NCBI GenBank assembly: GCA_964527185.1
Contig: CAZGOI010000001.1
Location: 6,010 to 70,009, forward strand
Origin: an uncultured Candidatus Saccharibacteria bacterium
Lineage (GTDB): Bacteria; Patescibacteriota; Minisyncoccia; Phycocordibacterales; UBA9973
Direction of reading: 5' to 3'
DNA: 64,000 bases
Shown piece by piece: positions 7,687 through 17,707 of this stretch (positions within the stretch are counted from its first letter, which is position 1; the number at the start of each line of letters is the position of its first letter). The translations under genes and the position numbers were made by a program. Under the pieces are notes generated by a model. The model saw only the letters and a program-made list of their open reading frames with translations. It was not told the origin of the DNA and ran no database searches.

Positions 7687-8934
7687 TTAGGCTTTTGTTA
7701 TATCTCGAGGGAAAAACATATTGACACACCAATCTACAAATATTTTTATTTTCTTTGACGGTGAAATAAATTTAAATAGGTAGACCACTCGCCAGATGAA
7801 CCAAGCAACTGGTCCACGAAAGTTGAATCGACCAAATTGGGCGACTGCATTCCATTTGCCAATCGAAGCCAAGGACCCTTGCGATTTGTACGAGAATGGC
7901 GCCAGGGCCTTGCCGGCAAAAAACCTTTTGATATTGTGGCCAGTCAAGACGCCTTGTTTTTCGGCTACTTGGGCAAGCATTGGCAATGGCTTGCCATCAG
8001 GGCCAGCTAGACTTGCGATATCGCCAATGGCAAAAATATTTGGGCGATCTTTGATTTGAAGTGTGGGGGTAACGACTATTCTACTCCAGTTATCGAGTAA
8101 AACATTTTGTTCGAATTTAATTGCGTTTGGTTTGACCCCAGCTGTCCAAATTACGTGGTTTACTTTTATTGAAGATTCATCTGTAAAAACTATCTCGTCT
8201 TTACGAACTTCTTTAACGCTCATATTCAATATGACTTTGACTCCATTTCGACGCAGAGTATTGAGTGCATTTTTTCGCAGTATTTGATGGAACGGTAAAA
8301 GAATTTCTTTGTCGCGATTTATTAGATATAGCGTTATGTCTTCGCAACTTATGATCCCGTGATAGTACCGCACAAATGTATCACTAAATAGCTCGGCCAT
8401 CTCAGCCACAAGCTCGACCCCGGTCGGGCCACCACCGACAACCGCAAATGTCAGTTCCTTCATTTTTGTGTCGTGGTTTTTCATTTCTGATGCTTTTTCG
8501 AAAGTTTCGATAAAAGATGTTCGCAACCTGATGGCGTCGCGCAAGTCTTTCAAAACAAAAGTGTATTTATCAGCGCCGGGTGCGTTGAAAAAATTTGTCG
8601 TCGCCCCGAGTGCCACGACCAAAACATCATAGTGCAATTCGTCTATTGTTGTTTTGACTGTATGTTTGTCGCAATCGATAGAGACAACATCGGCGACGTG
8701 CAGTTTGTCGTTGCCTTTGTATATTATCTGCCTGATCGACTCGACGACCTGGTGGTGGGCGATCGAACCAGTCGCAACTTCGTGCAGGAGTGGGGTGAAG
8801 AGAAAATAGTTGGTGCGGTTAACGATGGTTACATCTATCTCGTTTTTATTGAAATATTTATAGAGGCTCTTGTATGTATAGAGCCCCCCAAATCCGGCAC
8901 CTAGTATAACTATTTTTTTCTTCTGTTTTATCAT
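7687..8934 (-). CDS. ndh: Type II NADH:quinone oxidoreductase (NDH-2)
   Basis: Two dinucleotide-binding motifs (IVILGAGFGGLY and VVGGGPTGVE), and FAIGDIA. Confidence 0.85.
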   Translation of the reverse strand: MIKQKKKIVILGAGFGGLYTYKSLYKYFNKNEIDVTIVNRTNYFLFTPLLHEVATGSIAHHQVVESIRQIIYKGNDKLHVADVVSIDCDKHTVKTTIDELHYDVLVVALGATTNFFNAPGADKYTFVLKDLRDAIRLRTSFIETFEKASEMKNHDTKMKELTFAVVGGGPTGVELVAEMAELFSDTFVRYYHGIISCEDITLYLINRDKEILLPFHQILRKNALNTLRRNGVKVILNMSVKEVRKDEIVFTDESSIKVNHVIWTAGVKPNAIKFEQNVLLDNWSRIVVTPTLQIKDRPNIFAIGDIASLAGPDGKPLPMLAQVAEKQGVLTGHNIKRFFAGKALAPFSYKSQGSLASIGKWNAVAQFGRFNFRGPVAWFIWRVVYLFKFISPSKKIKIFVDWCVNMFFPRDITKA

Positions 8935-8979
8935 CTATCTTATTATTTTATGATAAAATTGCTTATTCTACAAATAAAA

Positions 8980-9001
8980 ATTCGACGCCGTAGCGCCGAA
9001 T
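8980..9001 (-). terminator. Rho-independent terminator after CDS 9021..9596
   Basis: Hairpin attcgacgcc-gta-gcgccgaat, followed by a T-run on the minus strand. Confidence 0.5.
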
Positions 9002-9020
9002 TTAATGGGTAACATAAACC

Positions 9021-9596
9021 TTAGAAACCGACTGGGCCAATACCTTCTTTTTCCCAAAGTTCTTTTCCGAGGTTAGGATCGCCATTTCCGAAACTTTTCA
9101 GTTCTTTGGATTTTGAATAATCAAAGGGTTTCTCTTTTGGTTTGCTTTCTCCTTTTTCATTATTTTCAAATTTCTGTTTCATCTCCTTGCGGTACTTGGC
9201 TGCTTCCACGCCGACAAAATGCATAAAAATTTTGGGGGCAATCTTCTGAAGGTCAGTACCTGAAACCCATGATAGATAAGCTGAAAAAATAAACGCTGTC
9301 CCTTTTATTTCATTTTGTCTGATCCGTACCAAATGCTTTATACCGGGCACTTGGTGCAAGCCCTCAACGTAAGCAAATCTACCGATGAATAAGTTTGAGT
9401 GGTAGCCGAGTTTTCGATAATAGCTAAAGAGTATTTCCATCCGTTCTTCTATGGTTTTACTATTTGCTTCAAAAAACTCTTGGCAGGCAGCTTTGAAGGC
9501 GTGATATCGGTTAACAATTTCAAGACAGGTCTTGCCTATTACAAGCAGGAGCTGACTTCTTTTTTGGGGAGTAAAAAATTCTATTTGATTTTTCAT
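9021..9596 (-). CDS. Hypothetical protein
   Basis: A 191-aa ORF with a coding-like codon pattern; no recognisable motif. Confidence 0.5.
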   Translation of the reverse strand: MKNQIEFFTPQKRSQLLLVIGKTCLEIVNRYHAFKAACQEFFEANSKTIEERMEILFSYYRKLGYHSNLFIGRFAYVEGLHQVPGIKHLVRIRQNEIKGTAFIFSAYLSWVSGTDLQKIAPKIFMHFVGVEAAKYRKEMKQKFENNEKGESKPKEKPFDYSKSKELKSFGNGDPNLGKELWEKEGIGPVGF

Positions 9597-9713
9597 AACA
9601 AAGAGGTTTTATTGATTACATTATAAAACCAAATAGATTAAAGTCAAGTGGGGTTGGGTCCACCGGGCGATTTATATTTTTGCGATCTATTTTGAATTTT
9701 TAGTTTGAGATAT

Positions 9714-10190
9714 CTAGATCGGGCACCCACCGTATGGGGGTTTTGATGTTACTTTGTTGAATGTAATTGTTTGATTTACAAAATCTATTTTAATCAACTT
9801 CTCAGACACGCCTTCGCAGGCATAACCTATGTCATCACCCACATTTATAGTTTTTGGTTGGCCACTCATCATCGCAACTGGGTATGATTGGTACCATAAA
9901 CCATCGACAGTTGTTTGATTAATTTTTTTAACCTCAAAAGAACCTTCGCGCTCTCCGACACGCAGAATAACCCGGGTACCATTTGGTGATGGCGGTGTAT
10001 TTTGGTTAATTGGATTCGGATTGTTGTAAGGAGGATTGGGTAGGATATTTGTAATCGGGTTTGGGTTGTAAGAAGAATTATTATATAGAGAAGTTGTCGC
10101 AGGTCGCTCTAAAAGAGTGCGTGTGGCGGCGGCGACAATTAAAGCCAGCAAGATTACCAATATTATTTGTAGAAAACCTTTGTTTTTCAT
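9714..10190 (-). CDS. Hypothetical secreted protein (signal peptide, Pro/Asn-rich linker)
   Basis: N-terminal hydrophobic segment, then a NPNPITNILPNPPYNNPNP low-complexity stretch. Confidence 0.5.
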   Translation of the reverse strand: MKNKGFLQIILVILLALIVAAATRTLLERPATTSLYNNSSYNPNPITNILPNPPYNNPNPINQNTPPSPNGTRVILRVGEREGSFEVKKINQTTVDGLWYQSYPVAMMSGQPKTINVGDDIGYACEGVSEKLIKIDFVNQTITFNKVTSKPPYGGCPI

Positions 10191-10323
10191 AGCATTTATT
10201 TATACCATTATATTGTATCACATGTAGACAAATATATGTCTAGGTCCTGTCAAACTCCCGCCATTTTGAGGAGATATTATAAAAGGGCGGGGATGGCTCC
10301 CGTGAAATACAAAACTGCAAGTA

Positions 10324-10566
10324 TTATCTTAAGAAAAGAGCAACGATACTTACAACTATCGCTAGTATTGAAATAATTATAGCGTAACGCGAATTATTAG
10401 CATCATCTTTTTTCAAAAGTGCATCAATGATAATTTGACGCTCGATAGTTCCATTTGAATTTCCGTATGAACGAATTTTCCACTTATTTGCCTCAGCTTC
10501 AAGCTCAGCATCGTTCATTCGATAGTACTTATTAACTGAAATAATGTTCAGAAATTTATTTAACAT
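10324..10566 (-). CDS. Small hypothetical membrane protein
   Basis: 80 aa with a C-terminal TM helix; overlaps the next gene by 11 nt. Confidence 0.35.
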   Translation of the reverse strand: MLNKFLNIISVNKYYRMNDAELEAEANKWKIRSYGNSNGTIERQIIIDALLKKDDANNSRYAIIISILAIVVSIVALFLR

Positions 10567-11488
10567 AAGTGATGTTATTTATGTTTTGTACAACCCCACC
10601 ATTTTCATAGTTACCGGTGCTTACCCATGTAGGAATACCAAGGAGACAAAGTTGATCTTGGGGATTAAGTGATAACGCTACACCTCCTGAATTTCCGCTA
10701 TCGATTTTTGCTGAGATAATATAGTTAGAATACGGAGCATTTAACGAGGATGCTCCACCATAGCCACTTATTACACCGTTGGTTGTGATGAGGGCAGACC
10801 CTCTGCCATATGCCGGATATCCCAATGCAATAACTGGTGAGCCTTGTGCCATATTGTTTACACATTTTGGCAAATCGCCGACTTTATAATCAAGAGTACT
10901 TATCACAGGAAAGTTAAAAGGAACTGTGCCAGTTATTTTATGGGGGTTGCTAAATTCGTGAAGTTTTAATACCGCAACATCTGAAAAAGTATTCCACGTA
11001 GTTGATTCGGCGGGATAAATTGAATACATACCTAATCCATTCGTCATGACATCAATAACGGTACATGATCCGTCACTTTCCGCACCTTGGTTTATTACAT
11101 GGTTATTGGTCACTACAAAATATCCATTATTAAATTTCCACAGTGAGCCCGTGCCACTATCTTTAGGACACTCAATTTCCACAACGCCGTCGAGAATAGA
11201 CGCAAGTTGTTCAGAAGTAATTTGATTTGACGAGTTTGAGGTTGGGGCAGAAACCTGTTTGATTATTGTTTGTAGTTTTTTATTTTTCAAATCCTCGACT
11301 TCTTTTTTAAGAGTATCCATCTGGTCTTGCTGAGAATTAGATTGAGTTGTAGCAGAGGAATTATCTTGCGGAGTCAAATTCTGATGTTTTTGAGAAAACA
11401 AAACATAACCACCCAACCCGAGCAGGGCGATAAGTAAAATAATCACGACTGGATTATTAAAATGATTTTGTTGATTTTCTGATTCCAT
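10556..11488 (-). CDS. Secreted trypsin-like serine protease (S1 family, no PDZ domain)
   Basis: Catalytic triad context: TNNHV (His), DVAVLKL (Asp) and GNSGG (Ser). N-terminal TM anchor. Confidence 0.75.
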   Translation of the reverse strand: MESENQQNHFNNPVVIILLIALLGLGGYVLFSQKHQNLTPQDNSSATTQSNSQQDQMDTLKKEVEDLKNKKLQTIIKQVSAPTSNSSNQITSEQLASILDGVVEIECPKDSGTGSLWKFNNGYFVVTNNHVINQGAESDGSCTVIDVMTNGLGMYSIYPAESTTWNTFSDVAVLKLHEFSNPHKITGTVPFNFPVISTLDYKVGDLPKCVNNMAQGSPVIALGYPAYGRGSALITTNGVISGYGGASSLNAPYSNYIISAKIDSGNSGGVALSLNPQDQLCLLGIPTWVSTGNYENGGVVQNINNITYVK

Positions 11489-11544
11489 TATCTCAGTAAT
11501 TATATCAAGAAACCTTTATTTTACCTCAATTCAAAGTTGCCAAT

Positions 11545-11635
11545 CTGGCGGAGGAGAAGAGATTCGAACTCTTGATGCCGTTTCCGACATACATCCTTTC
11601 CAGGGATGCCGATTCAACCACTCTCGCACTCCTCC
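11545..11635 (-). tRNA. tRNA-Ser (anticodon GGA), CCA encoded
   Basis: Reverse complement GGAGGAGTGCGAGAGTGGTTGAATCGGCATCCCTGGAAAGGAT…GAGTTCGAATCTCTTCTCCTCCGCCA. It has a 7-bp acceptor stem, a long variable arm, the T-loop GTTCGAATC, and anticodon loop CT-GGA-AA. Confidence 0.8.
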
Positions 11636-11647
11636 AAGAAATTTTGT

Positions 11648-12169
11648 TTATTTAATTACGATTGGCACGAGGATGTCTTTGTCGTTTTTAGGGTCGCCGG
11701 AAGCATTGTCATTTTTTATTTCGATAAATGCCTGGCCGGGTTTGACTTGGGATAGATCTAAAATCCCAGCAAAGGCCACGGGGTCGCTCGTCATCCACTT
11801 TGTAATAGCCTCGGCGTGGTTTTTTATTATCGGTTGCTTATTTTTGTCTAAGATATTAACCAAAACATTTCCTTCGAAAAAATAACCATTTTGCACCGAC
11901 CCAGCATAGCCAACAATATCTCTCGGCAATACGCTGCCCGGCCAAATCGAAAAGTAGACGAGGTCTTTTTTGTTTCCCGAAATTTCGGTTGCTGCCTGTA
12001 GATCGGCAGAGTTATTTATAGAAGTCTTGTCGCGACCACCGAGCATCGGGAAGTAGGTATACCTGTCCTGCCACATATAGCGCAGAGCGACAACCATGAG
12101 CACGATTAAAACAAAAAGCAATACTGTGTTTAATTTTGACCCAAAAAACCAAAATTTGTTATTTTGCAT
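11648..12169 (-). CDS. Hypothetical membrane-anchored protein
   Basis: The start was chosen at MQNNKF, which is adjacent to the secF stop. N-terminal TM helix. Confidence 0.5.
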   Translation of the reverse strand: MQNNKFWFFGSKLNTVLLFVLIVLMVVALRYMWQDRYTYFPMLGGRDKTSINNSADLQAATEISGNKKDLVYFSIWPGSVLPRDIVGYAGSVQNGYFFEGNVLVNILDKNKQPIIKNHAEAITKWMTSDPVAFAGILDLSQVKPGQAFIEIKNDNASGDPKNDKDILVPIVIK

Positions 12170-12170
12170 T

Positions 12171-13052
12171 TTATTTTTTCTTTTGTAAATTTTTAAACAT
12201 GACAAGGAGCGGCGAAGCCAAGAATATCGAAGAGTAGGTTCCAAAGAACATGCCGGCGACCAGCATCATGGCAAAAACTTTTGTACTCTTTGGGCCAAAG
12301 AAAACGAGCGACAAGAGCACGATGATAACGGTCGATGAAGTCGCAATCGAACGGGTGTAAACTTGCTCGAGGCTTCGGCCGACTGTCTCTTCAAATGTTT
12401 TAAAGTGGCCGACTCGAATATTTTCGCGAATACGATCAAATACCACTATCGTGTCTGAAACCGATAGGCCAAGGACGGTCAAAACCGCGACGACAAACAG
12501 GGTGTCGACTTCGGTGCCGTATATATGCGAGAGGATGGCAAATGCCCCGACCGGAATCATGATGTCGTGAATGAGGGTGATGATGGCGATCAATCCGTAT
12601 TTCCATGAAGAGACTGGTTTTGAAACTTTGCGGAAAGAAAACGCTATGAAAAATATTATACCTAGAGATACCAGAATAAATGAAATTATAGATTTTCGCA
12701 CGAGTTCGGCGCCGACCGATGGGCCGATAGATGTGAAGCTTTTTTCTGTGGCATTTGGGCCAAGGGCTTTGACTATCGATGCGCGCTCGGCATCGTTTAT
12801 AGCCTTTGTCTTTATGCTATAACCAGTCTCCCCTGTCGGTTGGACAACAAATTCGCCGAGCGAAAGCGGGGCAAGGTCGGTCTCGATAACACTCTGGGTT
12901 GGCAGCGGGCCTGTGAATTCTATTTCAGAGAGCGAACCGCCTTTAAAATCAATCCCCAATTTTAAACCAAAAATACTGATAGCGATTATAGACAAAAGCA
13001 CGAGTCCGGCTGAAATGAGTACGAATATTTTTTTGTTTTTGATTACGAACAT
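12171..13052 (-). CDS. secF: Protein translocase subunit SecF
   Basis: SecD/SecF family TM pattern, immediately downstream of secD. The start was chosen at MFVIKN. Confidence 0.85.
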   Translation of the reverse strand: MFVIKNKKIFVLISAGLVLLSIIAISIFGLKLGIDFKGGSLSEIEFTGPLPTQSVIETDLAPLSLGEFVVQPTGETGYSIKTKAINDAERASIVKALGPNATEKSFTSIGPSVGAELVRKSIISFILVSLGIIFFIAFSFRKVSKPVSSWKYGLIAIITLIHDIMIPVGAFAILSHIYGTEVDTLFVVAVLTVLGLSVSDTIVVFDRIRENIRVGHFKTFEETVGRSLEQVYTRSIATSSTVIIVLLSLVFFGPKSTKVFAMMLVAGMFFGTYSSIFLASPLLVMFKNLQKKK

Positions 13053-13053
13053 A

Positions 13054-14436
13054 TTATTTTTGCGCTTTGGCAGAAGTAAATCCCGACCCGAATAAAAAAT
13101 TTGTAACCTTGCTTGTCTTTTCAATATTTAGAGCGTGGAGGAATAATTTTGTTATCGAAATGGCTGAGATCATCGAGACGAGAACTCCGATTAGAAATGT
13201 CAGAGCAAAGCCTTGAATCAAAGTCGTGCCAAACCAATACAAAATAATAGCGGTAATGATGCTCGAGACATTTGAATCGCGAATCGAAAACCAGGCTCTT
13301 GAAAATCCATTTTTAATAGATTCACCAATGGTGCGACCACCCCGAAGTTCTTCTTTGATACGCTCGAAAATAAGGACGTTGGCATCAACCGCAATACCAA
13401 TCGATATGATGAACCCGGCAATGCCTGCGGCGGTTAAGGTGACTGGAATGAGTTTAAACAATGCAAGCATCAGCGCCACATATATAGAAAGAGCGAGGAC
13501 TGCAACCAAGCCAGGGAGTCTGTACCAAATAATCAAAAATATGGCGATGGCTAAAAACCCGATTAAAGCTGCTTTGACACCAGCGTTGGTCGCCTGGACA
13601 CCAAGCGATGGGCCGATAGTTTCGGTAGAGATTAGATTTATCGGCACAGGCAGTGCCCCAGAATTTAGGCGGCCAACTAAAGTTTTTGCTTCTTGCGGTT
13701 TGAAATGGCCAGTGATTTGAGCTTTGCCACCAGTGATAACTTCATTGACTGTCGGAGCCGAGATAACTTGGCCGTCTAGGAATATGGCAACTGTTTTGCC
13801 GACATTTTCTCGTGTAATTTTTTCAAATAAAGCTGCGCCGGCGGAATTAAATTGCAGCGAGACTATCGGCTCGCCTGTCGTCTGGTCAAATTCAAGTGTC
13901 GCCTTGTCTAGGTATCTGCCGGTTAGCCCAGTTGAAACATATGGGTCTGGGGCAGTTAGATTGACTTTGCCATCTTTGCCAACTTGAACTTTCTGTGGAG
14001 CATTTTGATTTGGATTTAGAGTTTTAAATTCGAGCACAGGTGTCTGGCCGATCATTTCGATTGCATTAGAGACATCTGTTACGCCTGGCAGGTCAACGAT
14101 CAATCGCTCTTCGCCGGCGTTCGAGAAGCCGCCATTTTCTACTTGAACAATTGGCTCGGAAACACCAAAGGTATTGACCCGGCGTTCGATAACATCACGG
14201 AGTGCATTCATAGAGTCGTTGACATCATTTGGGGCAACATTTGAAACATCGGCATGGTAGACCAAGTGGCTACCGCCAGAGAGGTCGAGGCCGAGTTTGA
14301 ATGGAAATTTGGAGACACCCGTTGGTGTGGCATCTTTTGCGAGCTTGCGGTGGGCCATCTCGGATTTATAAACAAAAAACCCGACTCCGAAGCCGATGGC
14401 TAAAATGACAAGCGCCGTAATTCTCTTTTTCCACAT
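13054..14436 (-). CDS. secD: Protein translocase subunit SecD
   Basis: 460 aa with a large periplasmic domain plus a C-terminal 6-TM SecD/F domain. Confidence 0.9.
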   Translation of the reverse strand: MWKKRITALVILAIGFGVGFFVYKSEMAHRKLAKDATPTGVSKFPFKLGLDLSGGSHLVYHADVSNVAPNDVNDSMNALRDVIERRVNTFGVSEPIVQVENGGFSNAGEERLIVDLPGVTDVSNAIEMIGQTPVLEFKTLNPNQNAPQKVQVGKDGKVNLTAPDPYVSTGLTGRYLDKATLEFDQTTGEPIVSLQFNSAGAALFEKITRENVGKTVAIFLDGQVISAPTVNEVITGGKAQITGHFKPQEAKTLVGRLNSGALPVPINLISTETIGPSLGVQATNAGVKAALIGFLAIAIFLIIWYRLPGLVAVLALSIYVALMLALFKLIPVTLTAAGIAGFIISIGIAVDANVLIFERIKEELRGGRTIGESIKNGFSRAWFSIRDSNVSSIITAIILYWFGTTLIQGFALTFLIGVLVSMISAISITKLFLHALNIEKTSKVTNFLFGSGFTSAKAQK

Positions 14437-14476
14437 AATGGCCTTATTCTATAGGCTTTTGGCAAAATATGCAACC

Positions 14477-15259
14477 CTATTTAAGAAAAAGTACTGAAAG
14501 GACTACGAGGCCGAGGATAACCCTGTACCAACCAAAAATTTTAAATGAATGGGTCTTGATGTAGTTTATGAGCCACCTGATGACAACAATAGCAACCACA
14601 AAGCTGACGATAAAACCGAGGGTAAGGGTTCCCCACTCGTCTTTTGAAAAAGAAAAACCAGATTTGTATATATCATAGAGCGTAGCCAAAAGCATCGTCG
14701 GTATAGCGAGCAAAAATGAAAATTCGGTGATAACTTCACGAGGAAGCCCGAGCATTCGCCCACCGACTATAACCGCGCCAGATCTCGAGACCCCAGGCAC
14801 AACGGCAAGAGATTGGGCAAAGCCTAGGGTGAGAAGGTCGCGTAGTGAAAGCGATTCGATATTTTTTGAAATAATTTTTTTTGAACTCTTGCTTGCTTTT
14901 GATTCATAAACGAGGATGATGATCCCTCCGAAAAACAGCATCGAAGCCGCGATCGCCAAGTTGCCCAAGAGAAATGATTTGATTATTTTATAGAGCAAGA
15001 AGCCGACAATACCAGTTGGAATGAAGGCAAGCAATATAGCCAGAAAATATTTTGAAGACGAGAATATTTTCTTTGCATACAAAACGACGACTGCGGCGAT
15101 CGCCCCAAGCTGAATGATGATTTCAAAACTTTTTATAAAATTACTGCTTGCAATGTGCAAAATATTTTGAGTAATCTCGAGGTGGGCGGTCGAAGAGATT
15201 GGTAAAAATTCTGTGATACCTTCGACTATGCCTAAAATGATTGTATGGATAATTGTCAT
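14477..15259 (-). CDS. uppP: Undecaprenyl-diphosphatase
   Basis: N-terminal GIVEGITEFLPISSTAHL and the multi-TM BacA family pattern. Confidence 0.9.
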   Translation of the reverse strand: MTIIHTIILGIVEGITEFLPISSTAHLEITQNILHIASSNFIKSFEIIIQLGAIAAVVVLYAKKIFSSSKYFLAILLAFIPTGIVGFLLYKIIKSFLLGNLAIAASMLFFGGIIILVYESKASKSSKKIISKNIESLSLRDLLTLGFAQSLAVVPGVSRSGAVIVGGRMLGLPREVITEFSFLLAIPTMLLATLYDIYKSGFSFSKDEWGTLTLGFIVSFVVAIVVIRWLINYIKTHSFKIFGWYRVILGLVVLSVLFLK

Positions 15260-15756
15260 AATTTTTTATAAAAATATATGAGCACTCGGCTCGAAAGGAA
15301 ACCAAGGATGCCTCCAGCTATTATATCAGAAGGATAGTGCAACCCGATAATGAGACGCGAGATGCTGATCAAAATGGCAGCTAAAAACATTATGATTCCA
15401 ACTTTCCTATTGAGAAAATACGAGCTCGTCGCCACGGCAAATGCGATGGCCGCGTGTTCTGATGGAAAAGAAAAATCTGTTTCAGAGACAAGCGGTATCA
15501 ATTTCAGAGAAACAAACGGCCGCGGAATATGGAAAAATAGCTTTAAATAATAAGCTAAAATCCAGGCGAGGGCGCCAGAGAGAGCAAGTAGGCAAAGAGA
15601 GCGGGTTTTATTTTTTGAAAAAATGAGTACAAGCAGGATGGCAACAACTGGCCCAACATACATAACAAACGGCGAATAAGAAAAAAATATTGCCAGGTTT
15701 GCAATAGAATGAATACTGGATAGATTGAAGAAAAAATAAAATATTGCGAGGTTCAT
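15256..15756 (-). CDS. PAP2 superfamily phosphatase
   Basis: PSEHAA … SRLIIGLHYPSD acid-phosphatase motifs. There is a 4-nt overlap with uppP. Confidence 0.7.
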   Translation of the reverse strand: MNLAIFYFFFNLSSIHSIANLAIFFSYSPFVMYVGPVVAILLVLIFSKNKTRSLCLLALSGALAWILAYYLKLFFHIPRPFVSLKLIPLVSETDFSFPSEHAAIAFAVATSSYFLNRKVGIIMFLAAILISISRLIIGLHYPSDIIAGGILGFLSSRVLIYFYKKL

Positions 15757-16586
15757 TTGGTTTTTAATTTTTCTGCTACGTGAAAAACATTTGATAGGAG
15801 CATGGCCACAGTCACCGGCCCGACGCCGCCTGGGGTCGGCGAGACAACGCTCGCCACCGGCAAAACTGACGGCAGATTGACATCGCCGACGATGCCGGAA
15901 TTAGATTCTGACGTTCCTGCATCGATGACGATTGCTCCTCTCTTTATCATATCACCTTTTATGTAGTTGCCGTGGCCGATAGCTGTGATTAAAATATCGG
16001 CTGAAGCAATTAATTCATTTTTATTTTTTGTTTCGCTCGATATCGTGGCGACATCATAGCCTCGGCTCTTGAGTAAATAAGAAACTGGCCGACCGACCAA
16101 AATCCCCTGTCCTGCCATAACAATTTTTTTATTTGAAAGCTCTACGCCAAGCGAATCAAGAATCCGCAGGCAGGCAAGAGCCGTCGGAAAAGCCAGAACA
16201 CTGGCACCACTATAGAAATTTTTTTGTGATTTTTGGCTTAGGCAATCGACGTCGATGCGCTCGTCGATGGCGTCGAGGGCTTGATCTTGATCTATATGTT
16301 TTGGTAATGGTAGTTGAACGATCAGACCGCACATGTTTGGCATTTTATTTATTTTTTTTATTTCTTCGACAAGTTCAATGGTCGAAATATTTTCATCAAA
16401 CTTCGCCTGATGAAAATCTATACCGACCGACTTAGCATTTTTCTCTTTCATATTTACATATTGCAAAGAGACTGGGTCATTGCCGACAATGACGTCGCAG
16501 AAAACTGGTCTAAAATCGAGCTTTGCTACTTGTTTTTTCAGGTCGTTTAATATTTCTTTTTTTATTTTTTGGCCGTCGATTATCAT
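15753..16586 (-). CDS. folD: Bifunctional methylenetetrahydrofolate dehydrogenase/cyclohydrolase
   Basis: MIIDGQKIKKEI… at the N-terminus, GRPVS, and a C-terminal PGGVGPVTVAML. Confidence 0.9.
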   Translation of the reverse strand: MIIDGQKIKKEILNDLKKQVAKLDFRPVFCDVIVGNDPVSLQYVNMKEKNAKSVGIDFHQAKFDENISTIELVEEIKKINKMPNMCGLIVQLPLPKHIDQDQALDAIDERIDVDCLSQKSQKNFYSGASVLAFPTALACLRILDSLGVELSNKKIVMAGQGILVGRPVSYLLKSRGYDVATISSETKNKNELIASADILITAIGHGNYIKGDMIKRGAIVIDAGTSESNSGIVGDVNLPSVLPVASVVSPTPGGVGPVTVAMLLSNVFHVAEKLKTK

Positions 16587-17701
16587 ATACCTAAGAATTC
16601 GTTGCGCATATCGTCTTTGTGGGCAACGCGTTTATATCTGTTCATACCCATCAGTATGCCGAGACCGACAAACTCTGTTAAAAGATGCGAGCCACCATAG
16701 CTCATAAAAGGCAGGGTCACCCCAGTCACCGGCATAACACCGATGTTCATACCTATGTTTATTATGAATTGGCTCATGAAATAAATAGCGAGCCCTACCC
16801 CGTAGAGGATTTCAAAATTTGTCGCCCCGAGGAGGGCGATGTGCAGTACCCGCCAGACGATGAGACCGATCAAGATAAACAAAAGTATGGCCCCGACAAA
16901 GCCCCACTCTTCGCCAAAAGCCGCAAAGATAAAATCATTTTGATATTCGGGCAAAAAATTGAGACGCGATTGGGTGCCAAAGCCGACGCCCTTGCCAAAA
17001 AGTTTTCCCGAACCGACGGCAATCGTCGACTGGTATATGTTATAGCCCGAGCCGTGGATATTTGAAAGCGGTTCGACAAAATTTACAATTCTTGCTTTTT
17101 GGTATGGAGCAAAAACAAAAACCCAGAGCATAGCAAAAGCTACTACCCCAACGCCAAGCACGACTAGTATGTGGCGGCCAGAAATCCCCGAGATGAGCGT
17201 CATGCCAAGCCAGATAAAAAATATGATAATTGCCCCGCCAAAGTCCGGCTGAAACAACACGAGCAGAAACGGAATCAGGGCATAGAGGCCAGAAATAAAA
17301 ATGTGTTTGAAATTATCGATCTCGACGTGCCGGCGCGAAAAATATTTTGCAAGCATGAGGATGACGACGAGTTTCATCATGTCTGAAGGTTGAAAAGAAA
17401 AAAGACCGAACGAAAACCAACTCTTGGCCCCGTTTGAAATATGCCCGCCGACAAACAAAATGAGAAGCAGCGCAGAGAAGATTGAAAACAGGACAACTAG
17501 AATTTCTGTTCGCTTTAAAAAACGGAAATCAAAATACGACAACCCAAAAAAAACAACAAAAGAAATCGCTATCCATATCAATTGGTGCGAGAAATACGGC
17601 GTCTCTTCGGTAAAAGACTTCATCGTCACGAGACCGGCGCCGAGCACCGGCAAAATAAAAAGAAATAGGAGCCAATCGATCTGGGGCAAGCGGAGTTTCA
17701 T
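16583..17701 (-). CDS. SEDS family peptidoglycan glycosyltransferase (FtsW/RodA)
   Basis: 372 aa with about 10 TM helices and a conserved C-terminus …PFMSYGGSHLL. Confidence 0.85.
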   Translation of the reverse strand: MKLRLPQIDWLLFLFILPVLGAGLVTMKSFTEETPYFSHQLIWIAISFVVFFGLSYFDFRFLKRTEILVVLFSIFSALLLILFVGGHISNGAKSWFSFGLFSFQPSDMMKLVVILMLAKYFSRRHVEIDNFKHIFISGLYALIPFLLVLFQPDFGGAIIIFFIWLGMTLISGISGRHILVVLGVGVVAFAMLWVFVFAPYQKARIVNFVEPLSNIHGSGYNIYQSTIAVGSGKLFGKGVGFGTQSRLNFLPEYQNDFIFAAFGEEWGFVGAILLFILIGLIVWRVLHIALLGATNFEILYGVGLAIYFMSQFIINIGMNIGVMPVTGVTLPFMSYGGSHLLTEFVGLGILMGMNRYKRVAHKDDMRNEFLGI

Positions 17702-17707
17702 AAAATT

